From positions 2,895 to 66,894 of the forward strand of contig JAPLXG010000006.1 in NCBI GenBank assembly GCA_026396175.1: 64,000 nucleotides of DNA, written 5' to 3'. The notes under the pieces are model-generated. The model saw only the letters and a list, made by a program, of their open reading frames with translations. It was not told the origin of the DNA and ran no database searches. Source of the DNA: Candidatus Moraniibacteriota bacterium (GTDB lineage Bacteria; Patescibacteriota; Minisyncoccia; Moranbacterales; UBA2206). Made by a program: the position numbers and the translations under genes. This document shows positions 38,373 through 48,764 of the stretch, one piece after another. Numbering within the stretch: position 1 is the stretch's first letter; every line of letters begins with the position of its first letter.

Positions 38373-40004
38373 ATGTCGAGGGAAAATTCGCTATTTCAGA
38401 AATTTTTTGCTAGAATGGTGAATATGAAAAAGGAAAAACTGGCTAAATTTGATATTCCTGCCCATATTCTTTTGGTGATGGAAAAGCTGGAAGAGGCGGG
38501 ATTTGAGGCATATGTCGTGGGCGGTTGCGTGCGGGATTTGCTAATGGGGCTCATACCTAAGGATTGGGATATCGCGACGAATGCTAAGCCGGAAGATGTG
38601 CAAAAAATATTTCCTGATTCTGTTTATGAAAATGAATTTGGGACGGTGGGGATCAAGATCAGAAATCAGAAGTCAGTGAACAGCGAACAGGAAACCGAAG
38701 AAAAAGAAATAACAGAAGTGGTTGAGGTGACAACCTATCGCATTGAATCAACATATTCCGATAAAAGGCATCCGGATGCGGTGAAGTTCGCGAAAACTTT
38801 GGAGGAAGATTTGTCTAGGCGTGATTTTACGATCAATGCGTTGGCGCTTGGGGTCAGTGATCAGAAATCCTTGCCTACCGGCAGGCAGGCAGTGAACAGT
38901 AAACAGAAAAAGATTGAAAAAATAGATGGTACTAAGTTTGAGCTAATAGATTTGTTTTCTGGACAGGAGGATTTGGAAAATAAATTAATTCGAGCGGTGG
39001 GGGATGCTAACGAAAGATTCAACGAAGACGCGCTGCGGATGATGCGGGCGATTCGGTTTTCGGTGACGCTGGATTTTGTGATTGAGGAAAAAACATTTGT
39101 GGCGATTCAAAAAAATGCGTCCAATTTAAAATTTATTTCGCCAGAAAGAATTCGAGATGAATTTTCGAAAATTATTTCGTCGCCAAGTCCGGCGAAAGGC
39201 ATTGAACGACTGCAAGAAACAGGAATTTTGAAAATAATTTTGCCAGAAATTGAAAGTGGAATTGGTGTGATGCAAAGTCATCATCATTACCATGGACCAT
39301 ATAATACAGTGTACAAACATTTAGTGGCATCTTTGGAAAAATGTCCGTCGCCAAAATTAGAAGTGCGTTTGGCGTCATTGCTTCACGACGTGGGAAAGCC
39401 AAAATCAAAAAGAGGGGAAGGCGAAAATGCGACATTCTATAACCACGAATATATCGGAGAGCGGATGACGAAAAATATATTGGAACGTCTGCGTTTTTCG
39501 CGGAGCGTGATTGATAAGGTGACGCTTTTGGTGCGAAATCATATGTTCTATTATAACGTTGACGAAGTGGGTGAAGCGGGTGTGCGGCGTGTGGTGCAAA
39601 AAATCGGGCTGGAAAATATCGGTGACCTAATTGACGTGCGGATTGCTGATCGTCTTGGTAGTGGCGTGCCGAAAGCGGTGCCCTATAAACTGCGTCATTT
39701 TCAGTTTATGGTGGAAAAAGTTTCCCACGACGCGATTTCTGTAAAACAGCTAAAACTGAACGGTAATGATTTGATGGAAGAACTCAATGTTGCTCCCGGA
39801 CCAAAAATCGGTGCGATTTTGGCCGTTTTGCTTTCGCAAGTGATTGATGATCCAGCACTTAATGACAAGAAAAAACTATTGGCATTGGCAAAAGAGTTGG
39901 CCAAAAGTAAGGTAGAGGATTTACGCAAGATGGCGGAGGAGAAAATTAAAAAGGAGCAAAAAAAAGAAGAAGAATTGATAAAGAAAAAACATAAGGTCAG
40001 TTAA
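38373..40004 (+). CDS. cca: CCA-adding tRNA nucleotidyltransferase with HD domain
   Basis: GGCVRDLLMG..DWD pol-beta motif, HD domain; in-frame palindrome-derived insert SLPTGRQAVNSKQ; start may be a downstream Met. Confidence 0.8.
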   Translation: MSRENSLFQKFFARMVNMKKEKLAKFDIPAHILLVMEKLEEAGFEAYVVGGCVRDLLMGLIPKDWDIATNAKPEDVQKIFPDSVYENEFGTVGIKIRNQKSVNSEQETEEKEITEVVEVTTYRIESTYSDKRHPDAVKFAKTLEEDLSRRDFTINALALGVSDQKSLPTGRQAVNSKQKKIEKIDGTKFELIDLFSGQEDLENKLIRAVGDANERFNEDALRMMRAIRFSVTLDFVIEEKTFVAIQKNASNLKFISPERIRDEFSKIISSPSPAKGIERLQETGILKIILPEIESGIGVMQSHHHYHGPYNTVYKHLVASLEKCPSPKLEVRLASLLHDVGKPKSKRGEGENATFYNHEYIGERMTKNILERLRFSRSVIDKVTLLVRNHMFYYNVDEVGEAGVRRVVQKIGLENIGDLIDVRIADRLGSGVPKAVPYKLRHFQFMVEKVSHDAISVKQLKLNGNDLMEELNVAPGPKIGAILAVLLSQVIDDPALNDKKKLLALAKELAKSKVEDLRKMAEEKIKKEQKKEEELIKKKHKVS

Positions 40005-40224
40005 TATAAACTGAGCTGTTGCTTTTTTGGAGTTTCGCATTCGTCCGAAAAATTATTCCTAAAAGCGCGGTTTCCGTTTATTGGATAGTAGGCTGCTGGT
40101 TTACCGGACGACTAGGATGCTAAGAAAAAATAACGTGCGGAACAATTTTTCGGGCGAATGCGAAAGTCTTGGTTTATTCAAAAATAAATACTATATACCA
40201 AATACAAAATACCAGATACTAATT

Positions 40225-40887
40225 ATGGCTTCACAAATCGCGCATATTGTTTATGCCAAAAAATATTTTGATCAAATCGAAAACGGAAAAACCAATGATG
40301 ATTTTTTGGATGAAGAAAAAATAAAACATAATCGCAAGATTAATAAAGACGAGTTTATGTTGGGTACGACATTTCCTGATATCAGAAGAATTGAGCCAAG
40401 CATAAAAAGAAAAGACACGCATTTGCAATTTGAACCATTAAATTTGGATTTTTCTGGATTAACTTCTTTCGAGGCTGGTTGGAAATTTCATCTCTATTGT
40501 GATATGCGGCGCGATGAGATTCTTAATGCGCATGGCTTTTTCAAATTAGCGAAAACTGCCGAATTATTTGGGCATCCTGCCAAGTTTATAGAAGACGAAT
40601 TATTATATGACCACTATAATAATTGGGAGAAAGTGGCTAATTATTTCCGCAACCCACCACTGGTAAATTTGGATATTAAAGCAGATCGGCCGACTTTTGT
40701 TTTGTGGTATGCAATTCTGGCTAATTATATGGAAAAAAAACCAGATGAAAAGACGATACGAATTTTTCTTTCTAAAAAATCAAGTCTTTCGCAAAAAACA
40801 GATGAGATAATTGAAATCATTTCGGAGCTTAAGAAAAATAAAAAAGTTGTGGATATTTTAGAGCATGTTTTGGATGAGATTGTGTGA
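40225..40887 (+). CDS. hypothetical protein
   Basis: Start at ATG 40225 (MASQIAH); the upstream part of the listed ORF is the GGTATTTGGTAT repeat. Confidence 0.45.
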   Translation: MASQIAHIVYAKKYFDQIENGKTNDDFLDEEKIKHNRKINKDEFMLGTTFPDIRRIEPSIKRKDTHLQFEPLNLDFSGLTSFEAGWKFHLYCDMRRDEILNAHGFFKLAKTAELFGHPAKFIEDELLYDHYNNWEKVANYFRNPPLVNLDIKADRPTFVLWYAILANYMEKKPDEKTIRIFLSKKSSLSQKTDEIIEIISELKKNKKVVDILEHVLDEIV

Positions 40888-42830
40888 GTATAATTGTTAA
40901 GCTAAAGCTATGGCGCACTGCAACCGCCTTCGCTAAAGCTATGGCGGTCAAAGTGAAAAAGAAGAAGACTAAAAAATTATTAGATGCGGTTAATTTTCCT
41001 TCAGATCTAAGAAAGCTACCAAAGGAAAAATTACCAAAATTTTGCGAGGAGATGCGCAGTTTTTTGATTGAAAGTGTGGCGCAAAGTGGTGGACATTTTG
41101 GATCAAACCTGGGCGTGGTTGAACTTACCGTGGTGCTGCATTATGTTTTTGATACGCCAAGAGATATTTTAGTTTGGGATGTCGGGCATCAGGCTTATGC
41201 GCACAAGATGCTGACCGGACGAAAAGATCAATTACATACGATTCGAAAAAAAGGCGGACTCGCTCCGTTTCCCAGAAGAGATGAAAGCGAATATGACACG
41301 ACGAATACCGGGCACACTAGCACTTCAATCAGCGTGGCGACAGGAATGGCGGTGGCAAATCGGAATAAAAAAAACGCACCCAATGTTGTCGCGGTAATCG
41401 GGGACGGTGCGCTTGGTGGCGGAATGGCGTTTGAGGCACTCAACCACGCGGGAGATATTAAGGCGGATATTTTAGTGGTGCTTAATGATAACAAGATGTC
41501 GATTTCGCCTAATGTTGGCGGAATGGAAAAATATTTGACGCGGCTCATTTCATCACCGGCCTATGTGAATTTGCGTGACAAAGGATTGAAGGCGTTAAAA
41601 GGCATGCCGACTGTGCAAAAGTTAGTGCACAAAGCTGGAATCCAGGTGCGTGGAGTAATTACTCCCGGAACAATGTTTGAAGAGTTGGGTTTCAAATATT
41701 ATGGACCGATTGATGGGCATGATACCGAGATGCTTTTGGAAGTTTTGGAAAATTTGAAAAAATTAAAAGGCCCGCGTTTTTTGCATGTGATTACCAAAAA
41801 AGGCAAAGGATATGCTCCGGCGGAAAAGGACAGTTTTTCATTGCACGCCGTTACGCCCTTTGATCCGGCAACCGGACAAAAAAACGGTTGCGTGAAAAAT
41901 ATTGCCTACACCGATGTTTTTGCCAATTGGATTTGCGAAAAAGCGAAAAGTGATTCAAAATTGCACGCGATTACACCAGCGATGACCGGAGGATCGGGAC
42001 TCATCAAATTTAGTGAGCAATTTCCTAAGCGTTTTTTTGATGTTGGCATTGCAGAACAGCACGCGCTGACTTTTGCGAGTGGCCTCGCTCTTCAGGGAAA
42101 AAAACCGGTCGTGGCGATTTATTCTTCTTTTTTGCAACGCGCTTACGATCAGTTGATTCATGATATTGCTTTGCCAAATTTGGATGTGCTTTTGGCGATT
42201 GATCGAGCAGGGATTGTCGGACCGGATGGGGCGACACACGCCGGCAGTTTTGATTTGTCATTTTTACGCGTTGTGCCGAATATGATTGTGATGGCGCCAT
42301 CGGATGAGCATGAATGTTATTCGATGTTGGAAGTGGGCTATAATTATCCCGGCCCGGCGGCAGTGCGCTATCCAAAAGGTGCTAATCTTTGCAGTTGCGG
42401 CGGAAAAAAAAGTCAGCCGATTGAAATTGGAAAAGCGAAAGTTGTGAGAGAGGGAAAGAATGTAGCGATCTTAGCTTTTGGGACAATGGTAGGTCGAAGT
42501 AACTATGCGGCAGAAAAGATTGATGCAACCTTGGTGGATATGCGCTTCGTGAAACCACTCGACGAAGAACTGCTGAAAAATTTAGCTAAGTCGCATAAGT
42601 ATTTCGTGACAGTTGAGGATAATGTGATTATGGGTGGAGCGGGTAGTGCGGTGAATGAATTTTTTGCGCGCGCCGGCTTGAATGTTAAAATTAAAAACCT
42701 CGGTTTGCCGGATCAGTTTCTTTCTCACGGTTTGCGTGGTGAAATTTTGGCGGAGGTTGGGCTGGGGGAAGGAGGGATTTTTGAGGCGGTGGAGAAGTTT
42801 GTGGTGGGTTCTCTACGAATTACGAATTAG
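40884..42830 (+). CDS. dxs: 1-deoxy-D-xylulose-5-phosphate synthase
   Basis: TPP-binding GDGALGGGMAFEALN; transketolase-like domains; start uncertain (40884 or ~40941); last codons overlap the TACGAAT repeat. Confidence 0.85.
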   Translation: MSIIVKLKLWRTATAFAKAMAVKVKKKKTKKLLDAVNFPSDLRKLPKEKLPKFCEEMRSFLIESVAQSGGHFGSNLGVVELTVVLHYVFDTPRDILVWDVGHQAYAHKMLTGRKDQLHTIRKKGGLAPFPRRDESEYDTTNTGHTSTSISVATGMAVANRNKKNAPNVVAVIGDGALGGGMAFEALNHAGDIKADILVVLNDNKMSISPNVGGMEKYLTRLISSPAYVNLRDKGLKALKGMPTVQKLVHKAGIQVRGVITPGTMFEELGFKYYGPIDGHDTEMLLEVLENLKKLKGPRFLHVITKKGKGYAPAEKDSFSLHAVTPFDPATGQKNGCVKNIAYTDVFANWICEKAKSDSKLHAITPAMTGGSGLIKFSEQFPKRFFDVGIAEQHALTFASGLALQGKKPVVAIYSSFLQRAYDQLIHDIALPNLDVLLAIDRAGIVGPDGATHAGSFDLSFLRVVPNMIVMAPSDEHECYSMLEVGYNYPGPAAVRYPKGANLCSCGGKKSQPIEIGKAKVVREGKNVAILAFGTMVGRSNYAAEKIDATLVDMRFVKPLDEELLKNLAKSHKYFVTVEDNVIMGGAGSAVNEFFARAGLNVKIKNLGLPDQFLSHGLRGEILAEVGLGEGGIFEAVEKFVVGSLRITN

Positions 42831-42874
42831 GTACGAATATACGAATTTAGGGAAAGCGATATAAAAAATATTTA

Positions 42875-43013
42875 TGTCATTCTGAGCGGAGTGTAGCGAA
42901 GTCGAAGAATCTGCCTCAGGTTATTGCAAGTTTTGTAATAAATCGTAAAAACTAGGATTATCACAAGCAGATCCTTCGACTGCGTCCGGGTACGGACTTC
43001 GCTCAGGATGACA
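42875..43013. repeat. Family A MITE-like palindromic element, itself bracketed by TACGAATATACGAAT / ATTCGTATATTCG inverted repeats
   Basis: Same arms as the 25304 copy; outer inverted repeat at 42818-42850 / 43083-43128. Confidence 0.75.
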
Positions 43014-43137
43014 ATTTTTTTATCCAAATGCATTTTACTAAATAATAATTTTTTAATAAGTATGAATGACGTTTTCTCTGTGAATTACGATTTATTATTC
43101 GTATATTCGTAAAGATTCGTAATTCGTAGAGAAACAC

Positions 43138-44808
43138 ATGAAAACAGACATCCAAATTGCCAAAGCTTCGAAAATGGAACCGATTGAAAGTGTGGCGGAG
43201 AAAATTGGGCTCACAAAAAGTGATTTAGAATTATATGGAAACTATAAAGCCAAATTAAAACCAGCGCTTTGGGAGAAAATTAAAAAGCAAAAAGATGGAA
43301 AATTGATTTTAGTAACAGCAATTAGTCCGACGCCGGCGGGGGAAGGCAAAACAACGACATCAATTGGATTGGCGATGGCGATGAATCGCCTTGGCAAAAA
43401 AACTATGCTAGCTCTGCGCGAGCCTTCACTTGGACCGTGTATGGGCGTGAAAGGTGGCGCGGCGGGCGGAGGATATTCCCAGGTGATGCCGATGGAAGAA
43501 ATTAATTTGCATTTCACGGGCGATCTGCACGCCATCACCACTGCCAATAATTTACTCTCGGCGATTATTGATAATCATATTTTTCAGGGGAATGTTTTGC
43601 AAATTGACGCGCGGCAAATTCTTTGGAAACGCGCGATGGATCTCAATGACCGGAATTTGCGAAACACAGTTGTGGGCTTGGGCGGAAAATCACAAGGCGT
43701 GCCACGAGAAGAAAGTTTCAACATTACCGTCGCATCAGAAATTATGGCGATTCTGTGCCTTAGTGAAAATTTAGCTGATCTCAAAAAACGGCTAGGAAAT
43801 ATTTTAGTTGCTTACACTTTTTCCGGCGAGCCGGTTTATGCGCGCTCCCTAAGCATTGTCGGAGCACTCACAGCGATTTTGAAAGATGCATTGAAACCAA
43901 ACCTTGTGCAAACCTTGGAGCACACGCCTGCCATCATTCATGGTGGACCATTTGCCAATATTGCGCACGGTTGCAATAGTATTTTAGCAACGCGCTATGG
44001 ATTGAAATTGGGAGATTATCTGATCACGGAAGCCGGCTTTGGAGCCGATCTTGGTGCGGAGAAATTTTTCAATATCAAGTGTCGCGTCGCAGGACTTCGT
44101 CCTGATGCAGTCGTGATCGTGGCGACAGTGCGCGCGCTCAAATATTCCGGTGGCATGGAAAAAGAAGCGCTAGTGATGCCGAGCCTAATTCATTTGAAAA
44201 AAGGTTTTGCCAATTTGGAAAAACATGTGGAAAATTTGAAAAAATTTGGTGTGCCAGTGGTTGTGGCGGTGAATGTTTTCCCAACGGACACGCAAAAAGA
44301 ATTAAAACTGCTCGAGCAAATGGTGAAAAAAATCGGTGCATCATATGCGCTGTCGCACGTTTGGGAAAAAGGCGGAGCGGGCGGTGAAGATTTGGCGAAA
44401 GTTGTTTTGGAAACTCTGGCCAAGAAAAAAGTGAACTTCAGAGTGCTCTATTCGGAACAATCGCATATCAAAGTGAAAATTGAAACCATCGCCCAAAAAA
44501 TTTATGGTGCGAAAAACGTGGAGTTCAGCTCGAAAGCGCAAAAGCAGATGGAAAAGTTGGAAAAAGAAAAATTAGACAAGTTGCCAATTTGTATTGCCAA
44601 AACGCAATATTCTTTTTCCGATGATCCAAAACTTTTGGGACGACCGAAGGGTTTCACGCTAAATATTCGCGAACTGCGAATTTCCAACGGCGCCGGATTC
44701 ATCGTGGCAATTGCTGGAGAAATTATGACAATGCCGGGATTGCCAAAAGTTCCCGCGGCCCAGATGATTGATGTGACCGAAGATGGGGAGATTGAAGGGT
44801 TGTTTTAG
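43138..44808 (+). CDS. fhs: formate--tetrahydrofolate ligase
   Basis: 556 aa, canonical FTHFS. Confidence 0.9.
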   Translation: MKTDIQIAKASKMEPIESVAEKIGLTKSDLELYGNYKAKLKPALWEKIKKQKDGKLILVTAISPTPAGEGKTTTSIGLAMAMNRLGKKTMLALREPSLGPCMGVKGGAAGGGYSQVMPMEEINLHFTGDLHAITTANNLLSAIIDNHIFQGNVLQIDARQILWKRAMDLNDRNLRNTVVGLGGKSQGVPREESFNITVASEIMAILCLSENLADLKKRLGNILVAYTFSGEPVYARSLSIVGALTAILKDALKPNLVQTLEHTPAIIHGGPFANIAHGCNSILATRYGLKLGDYLITEAGFGADLGAEKFFNIKCRVAGLRPDAVVIVATVRALKYSGGMEKEALVMPSLIHLKKGFANLEKHVENLKKFGVPVVVAVNVFPTDTQKELKLLEQMVKKIGASYALSHVWEKGGAGGEDLAKVVLETLAKKKVNFRVLYSEQSHIKVKIETIAQKIYGAKNVEFSSKAQKQMEKLEKEKLDKLPICIAKTQYSFSDDPKLLGRPKGFTLNIRELRISNGAGFIVAIAGEIMTMPGLPKVPAAQMIDVTEDGEIEGLF

Positions 44809-44907
44809 TTTTTTAAAAACTTGACATTTAGCGCAATTTAGTTATACTACTTTGATGCTAATTTGGCATTAATTGTATCTAAACCTTTTTGGCATAAGGA
44901 GGTAAAC

Positions 44908-45159
44908 ATGAATTTTTCTGATAGTGAAATTGTTGGCCGTCTCGTTTTTATTGAGCAGTGTAAGGCGGAAGAACATGGCGAGTCTGTTCCGACCTGTGTC
45001 TGCCATCTGGTTGGAAAAAAAGTAACGATCGATAGAAGGCATGATACGCATTCTTTCGAAAATCCCTTATTTGTTACAAAAGGTTGGGGCGGCAGAATCA
45101 TCCAGCTGGACGAAATCGGGGTAATCGCTAAAGAGGAGGAATTTTATCTCAACATGTGA
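44908..45159 (+). CDS. hypothetical small protein
   Basis: RBS AAGGAGGTAAAC before ATG 44908. Confidence 0.45.
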   Translation: MNFSDSEIVGRLVFIEQCKAEEHGESVPTCVCHLVGKKVTIDRRHDTHSFENPLFVTKGWGGRIIQLDEIGVIAKEEEFYLNM

Positions 45160-45190
45160 CTTGTTCGAAACTAAGACGAGGAGGAATTCG

Positions 45191-45394
45191 ATGGCGAAAA
45201 GTTTTATTGGATACAAACTGGCAAGTCTTTATGTCGATGGATTGGATGTCCGCATCGACAAAAGAGACGGAACATCGTTTATTGTTACCGCCGATTCTCT
45301 CAATGTTTTAGAGGATCCGGTAACTGGCAAAACAATTAATGGCGAGGACGTTAGCATCTATGAATCCGAAATGCGAGATGTTGTCTCTGCCTAA
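45191..45394 (+). CDS. hypothetical small protein
   Basis: RBS GAGGAGGAATTCG before ATG 45191; terminator follows. Confidence 0.45.
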   Translation: MAKSFIGYKLASLYVDGLDVRIDKRDGTSFIVTADSLNVLEDPVTGKTINGEDVSIYESEMRDVVSA

Positions 45395-45410
45395 GCGGAA
45401 AGTGCGTGCA

Positions 45411-45448
45411 CCCTCTTGGCTGATTAAATTCGGCCAAGAGGTTTTTTT
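45411..45448 (+). terminator. rho-independent terminator after the small-protein pair
   Basis: CCCTCTTGGC..GCCAAGAGG TTTTTTT. Confidence 0.7.
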
Positions 45449-45455
45449 GTAGATT

Positions 45456-46667
45456 TTACAAATATTTAGAATCCCCCAGTTCTTCCGGCAAATAATTTTG
45501 TTCAGTGCTATCTTCAAGTGGGGTATATTTGTAGCCATTGCCATAACCTAATTCTTTCATCAGTTTTGTTGGCGCGTTGCGCAAATGAAGCGGGACAGGG
45601 AGATTGCCGAATTTTTCCACGTCTTTTTTAGCTTTGCCATAGGCGGCGTAGGCAGTGATGTCTTTTTTGGATTTGGCGAGATAAATAACACATTGGGCGA
45701 GGTGGACATTGCATTCGGGGTAGCCTAGTTTGTGGCAAGCGTCAAAAACTGCGTTGGCCAAAAGGAGGGCAGTGTTGTTGGCGAGGCCGATATCTTCGCT
45801 GGCGAATCGAACCAGACGTCGCGCGATGTAGAGTGGATCTTCTCCGCCTTCAATCATTCGCGCGAGCCAATAGACGGATGCGTCGGTGTTTCCTCCGCGC
45901 ATTGATTTATGCAGGGCTGAGATAATATTATAGTGTTCTTCGCCGGATTTATCATAGAGCAGATGGGATTTTTGCAGAACTTCTTTTATGAGCTCAGGGG
46001 TAATATTATCAGTTTGGTTGACGCAAGCCTCGAGAGTGTTGAGCGCCATGCGCGCATCGCCATTGGAAAGATTGGCGAGCAATTTTATGGTGTCGGAACT
46101 TATCCGTGGAGGCTCAACCTCCATTATGGAGGTTGAGCCTCCACGATGCGCAGTCTTGATTTTTTCCAGTGCTCTTTCGATAATTTTTTCCAAATCAGTC
46201 GGTGTCAATTTTTGCAAAACAAAAACACGGGTGCGAGAAACGAGGGCGGAGTTGACTTCGAAGCTGGGATTTTCCGTTGTCGCGCCGATGAGCGTGATTG
46301 TTCCATTTTCAACATAAGGCAAGAGCGCATCTTGCTGAGCTTTGTTCCAGCGATGGATTTCGTCGATAAAAAGAATCGTTTTTATGCTTCGGAGTTTGTT
46401 CTCTTGTGCTTTGGCAATAATTTCCAAAAGTATTTTTTTGCCAGATGAAACGGCACTGATTTTGAGAAATTCTGATTTAGTGGCGCTCGCAATGATGTGC
46501 GCAAGGGTGGTTTTTCCTGATCCGGGCGGACCCCAAAGAATCATCGAGGGAACATTATCGTTTTCAATGGCGCGAAAAAGATAGGAATTTTTTCCAATCA
46601 GTTTTTCTTGGCCGAAAAAGTCAATGAGATTTTGGGGGCGGATGAGGTCGGGGAGTGGGGTGGGCAT
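45456..46667 (-). CDS. rarA: replication-associated recombination protein A (AAA+ ATPase)
   Basis: Walker A GPPGSGKTT; MgsA C-terminal domain; a 36-bp perfect palindrome at ~46108-46145 is read in frame (GGSTSIMEVEPPR). Confidence 0.85.
   Translation of the reverse strand: MPTPLPDLIRPQNLIDFFGQEKLIGKNSYLFRAIENDNVPSMILWGPPGSGKTTLAHIIASATKSEFLKISAVSSGKKILLEIIAKAQENKLRSIKTILFIDEIHRWNKAQQDALLPYVENGTITLIGATTENPSFEVNSALVSRTRVFVLQKLTPTDLEKIIERALEKIKTAHRGGSTSIMEVEPPRISSDTIKLLANLSNGDARMALNTLEACVNQTDNITPELIKEVLQKSHLLYDKSGEEHYNIISALHKSMRGGNTDASVYWLARMIEGGEDPLYIARRLVRFASEDIGLANNTALLLANAVFDACHKLGYPECNVHLAQCVIYLAKSKKDITAYAAYGKAKKDVEKFGNLPVPLHLRNAPTKLMKELGYGNGYKYTPLEDSTEQNYLPEELGDSKYL
46108..46145. repeat. 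36-bp perfect palindrome TGGAGGCTCAACCTCCAT TATGGAGGTTGAGCCTCCA inside rarA
   Basis: Read directly; translated in frame. Confidence 0.7.
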
Positions 46668-46977
46668 AAGTTTGAGAATTATTCTAAGCTCTAATTAACC
46701 TAATTGTTCTAAATAAATTCAACAGGCATATTCTGAGGATATTATATCACTGATTTTGAGTGGTTGGCAAGTCCTATTTTCAGTGTGTGCTATAATAGTG
46801 AATAAGAAGAATTTTCAATTTATCCTCAAAGGATAAGCTTGAAGCAAAAAATTTTCAAACAATTTCCAATTTTTTAATTTTGAAATTAAAAAGTACCGAG
46901 GGATAAATAATTAGAAATTGGAACATTGAGATTTGTTTAGAAATTGAAAATTAGAAATTAAAAAATTATTATAAGCT

Positions 46978-47826
46978 ATGACAAAAATAATCGACGGGAA
47001 AAAAATTGCGGAAGAAATCAGAGAGGAGTTGAAAAGCGAAGTTTTAGCTTTGGGAGAAAAAGGGATTGTGCCGGGGCTGGTTGTAATTTTGGTTGGGGAG
47101 GATAGTGCTTCACAAGTTTATGTTAGAAATAAAGAGCGTGTGGCAAAGGAGATTGGGATAAATTCTGAAGTTGTGAGATTGCCGGCGGAAACTTCGCAGG
47201 AAGAATTGGAAAAAATAATTTCAAAATATAACGCAGACGAAAAAATTCATGGAATTTTAGTGCAGTTGCCATTGCCGAATAATATCGATGCGAAAAGAAT
47301 TATCAATTTAATCGATCCGAAAAAAGATGTTGATTGTTTTCATCCGGAAAATGTTGGGCGGATGATGATTGGAGACGCGCGCTTTTTGCCTTGCACGCCG
47401 GCGGGAATTTTGGAACTTTTGGAGCGGAGCGAAGTTGCAGTGGAAGGAAAAAATGTAGTGATTGTGGGAAGGAGTAATATTGTGGGAAAACCTTTGGCGG
47501 TGATGCTTATCAATCTTGGAGCGACTGTGACAGTTTGTAATTCTAAAACTAAAAATCTAAAAGAGATTTGCGCGAGTGCAGATATTTTGGTTTCGGCGAC
47601 GGGACGTGCGGGACTAATCTGCGAGGAGATGGTAAAACAAGATTCTGTAGTAGTTGATGTAGGAATTAATCGCGATGCAGAGGGAAAGCTAGTCGGGGAT
47701 GTTGACTATATTCATGTTTGCGACAAAACACATTGCATCACGCCAGTGCCTGGCGGAGTGGGGCCAATGACGATTATGATGCTGATGCGGAATACTATTT
47801 TGGCGGCGAAGAATAGTTTGAGTTAG
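46978..47826 (+). CDS. folD: bifunctional methylene-THF dehydrogenase/cyclohydrolase
   Basis: 282 aa, canonical FolD. Confidence 0.9.
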   Translation: MTKIIDGKKIAEEIREELKSEVLALGEKGIVPGLVVILVGEDSASQVYVRNKERVAKEIGINSEVVRLPAETSQEELEKIISKYNADEKIHGILVQLPLPNNIDAKRIINLIDPKKDVDCFHPENVGRMMIGDARFLPCTPAGILELLERSEVAVEGKNVVIVGRSNIVGKPLAVMLINLGATVTVCNSKTKNLKEICASADILVSATGRAGLICEEMVKQDSVVVDVGINRDAEGKLVGDVDYIHVCDKTHCITPVPGGVGPMTIMMLMRNTILAAKNSLS

Positions 47827-47840
47827 GTTTCTTATTTTTT

Positions 47841-47981
47841 TGTCATTCTGAGCGAAGCGGAGCGAAGTCGAAGAATCTGCTATAGGTTATTGTGAGCTTT
47901 GCAATAAATTGTAAAGATTAGGGTTATTGTAAGCAGATCCTTCGGCTGCGTCCTGAGTACAGGACTTCGCTCAGGATGACA
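47841..47981. repeat. Family A MITE-like palindromic element
   Basis: TGTCATTCTGAGCGAAGCGGAGCGAAGTCGAAGAATCTGC ... CTTCGCTCAGGATGACA. Confidence 0.75.
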
Positions 47982-48008
47982 CAATTTTTTATTATTAATT
48001 TTAAAAAT

Positions 48009-48302
48009 ATGCAAATCGAAGTCAAAAATGTGGAAGGTAATCCGGTGAATAATTTGCGCCGACTCGGGTATACATTTCAAAGGCACGAAGGGGACGAGAT
48101 GAGTTTTGTGCGTCCGATGGCCGCGGCGGGTTATCCGCGGTTTCATATGTATGTCAAAATGAATGGCACGGATATGCTGATTAATATTCATCTGGATGTC
48201 AAAAAAGAGACCTACGGTAATGATACGCGCCATCATGGGGAATATGAAAATAATGGGGCGTTGAAAGAAGAAGTGCGAAGACTTAGGGCGCTTTTGGAGT
48301 AA
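48009..48302 (+). CDS. hypothetical protein
   Basis: ATG 48009 (MQIEVKNVEG); no recognisable domain. Confidence 0.4.
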   Translation: MQIEVKNVEGNPVNNLRRLGYTFQRHEGDEMSFVRPMAAAGYPRFHMYVKMNGTDMLINIHLDVKKETYGNDTRHHGEYENNGALKEEVRRLRALLE

Positions 48303-48350
48303 TGTTTGCCAAAATGGCTATTACGCCGTATGATAAATTGGTGTATATTA

Positions 48351-48434
48351 GGGGGTGTGGTGAAATTGGTATACACGTAGCGTTCAGAACGCTATGATCG
48401 CAAGGTCGTGAGAGTTCAAATCTCTCCATCCCCA
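48351..48434 (+). tRNA. tRNA-Leu (anticodon CAG), type II
   Basis: Long variable arm; loop TTCAGAA. Confidence 0.8.
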
Positions 48435-48482
48435 CGAATCATGTAGCATATAACATGTAACATGAAGCAAAAAAATAAATCT

Positions 48483-48569
48483 GCCGCGGTGGTGAAATTG
48501 GTATACACGCCAGTCTTAGGAACTGGTGGATTTATCTCCGTGCGAGTTCGAGTCTCGCCCGCGGCACCA
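48483..48569 (+). tRNA. tRNA-Leu (anticodon UAG), type II, CCA encoded
   Basis: GCCGCGG acceptor, loop CTTAGGA, ends CACCA. Confidence 0.85.
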
Positions 48570-48764
48570 GTAATAATTGGCTAAGCGTCCCGCCGAGGCG
48601 GGATTCTCGCAATGGATTGGAGGCCTGTCCCGCACCATTTTCAATGGAGACTTATGATTTTAGTTAGAACGTGAGCGAAGCGGCTTCGCCTTTCGTCTAT
48701 TCTGTATATAAAATCTTTCCTAAAAATGGTGCGGGATGAAAGTCCTCTTCTGGGCACAAGTGTT

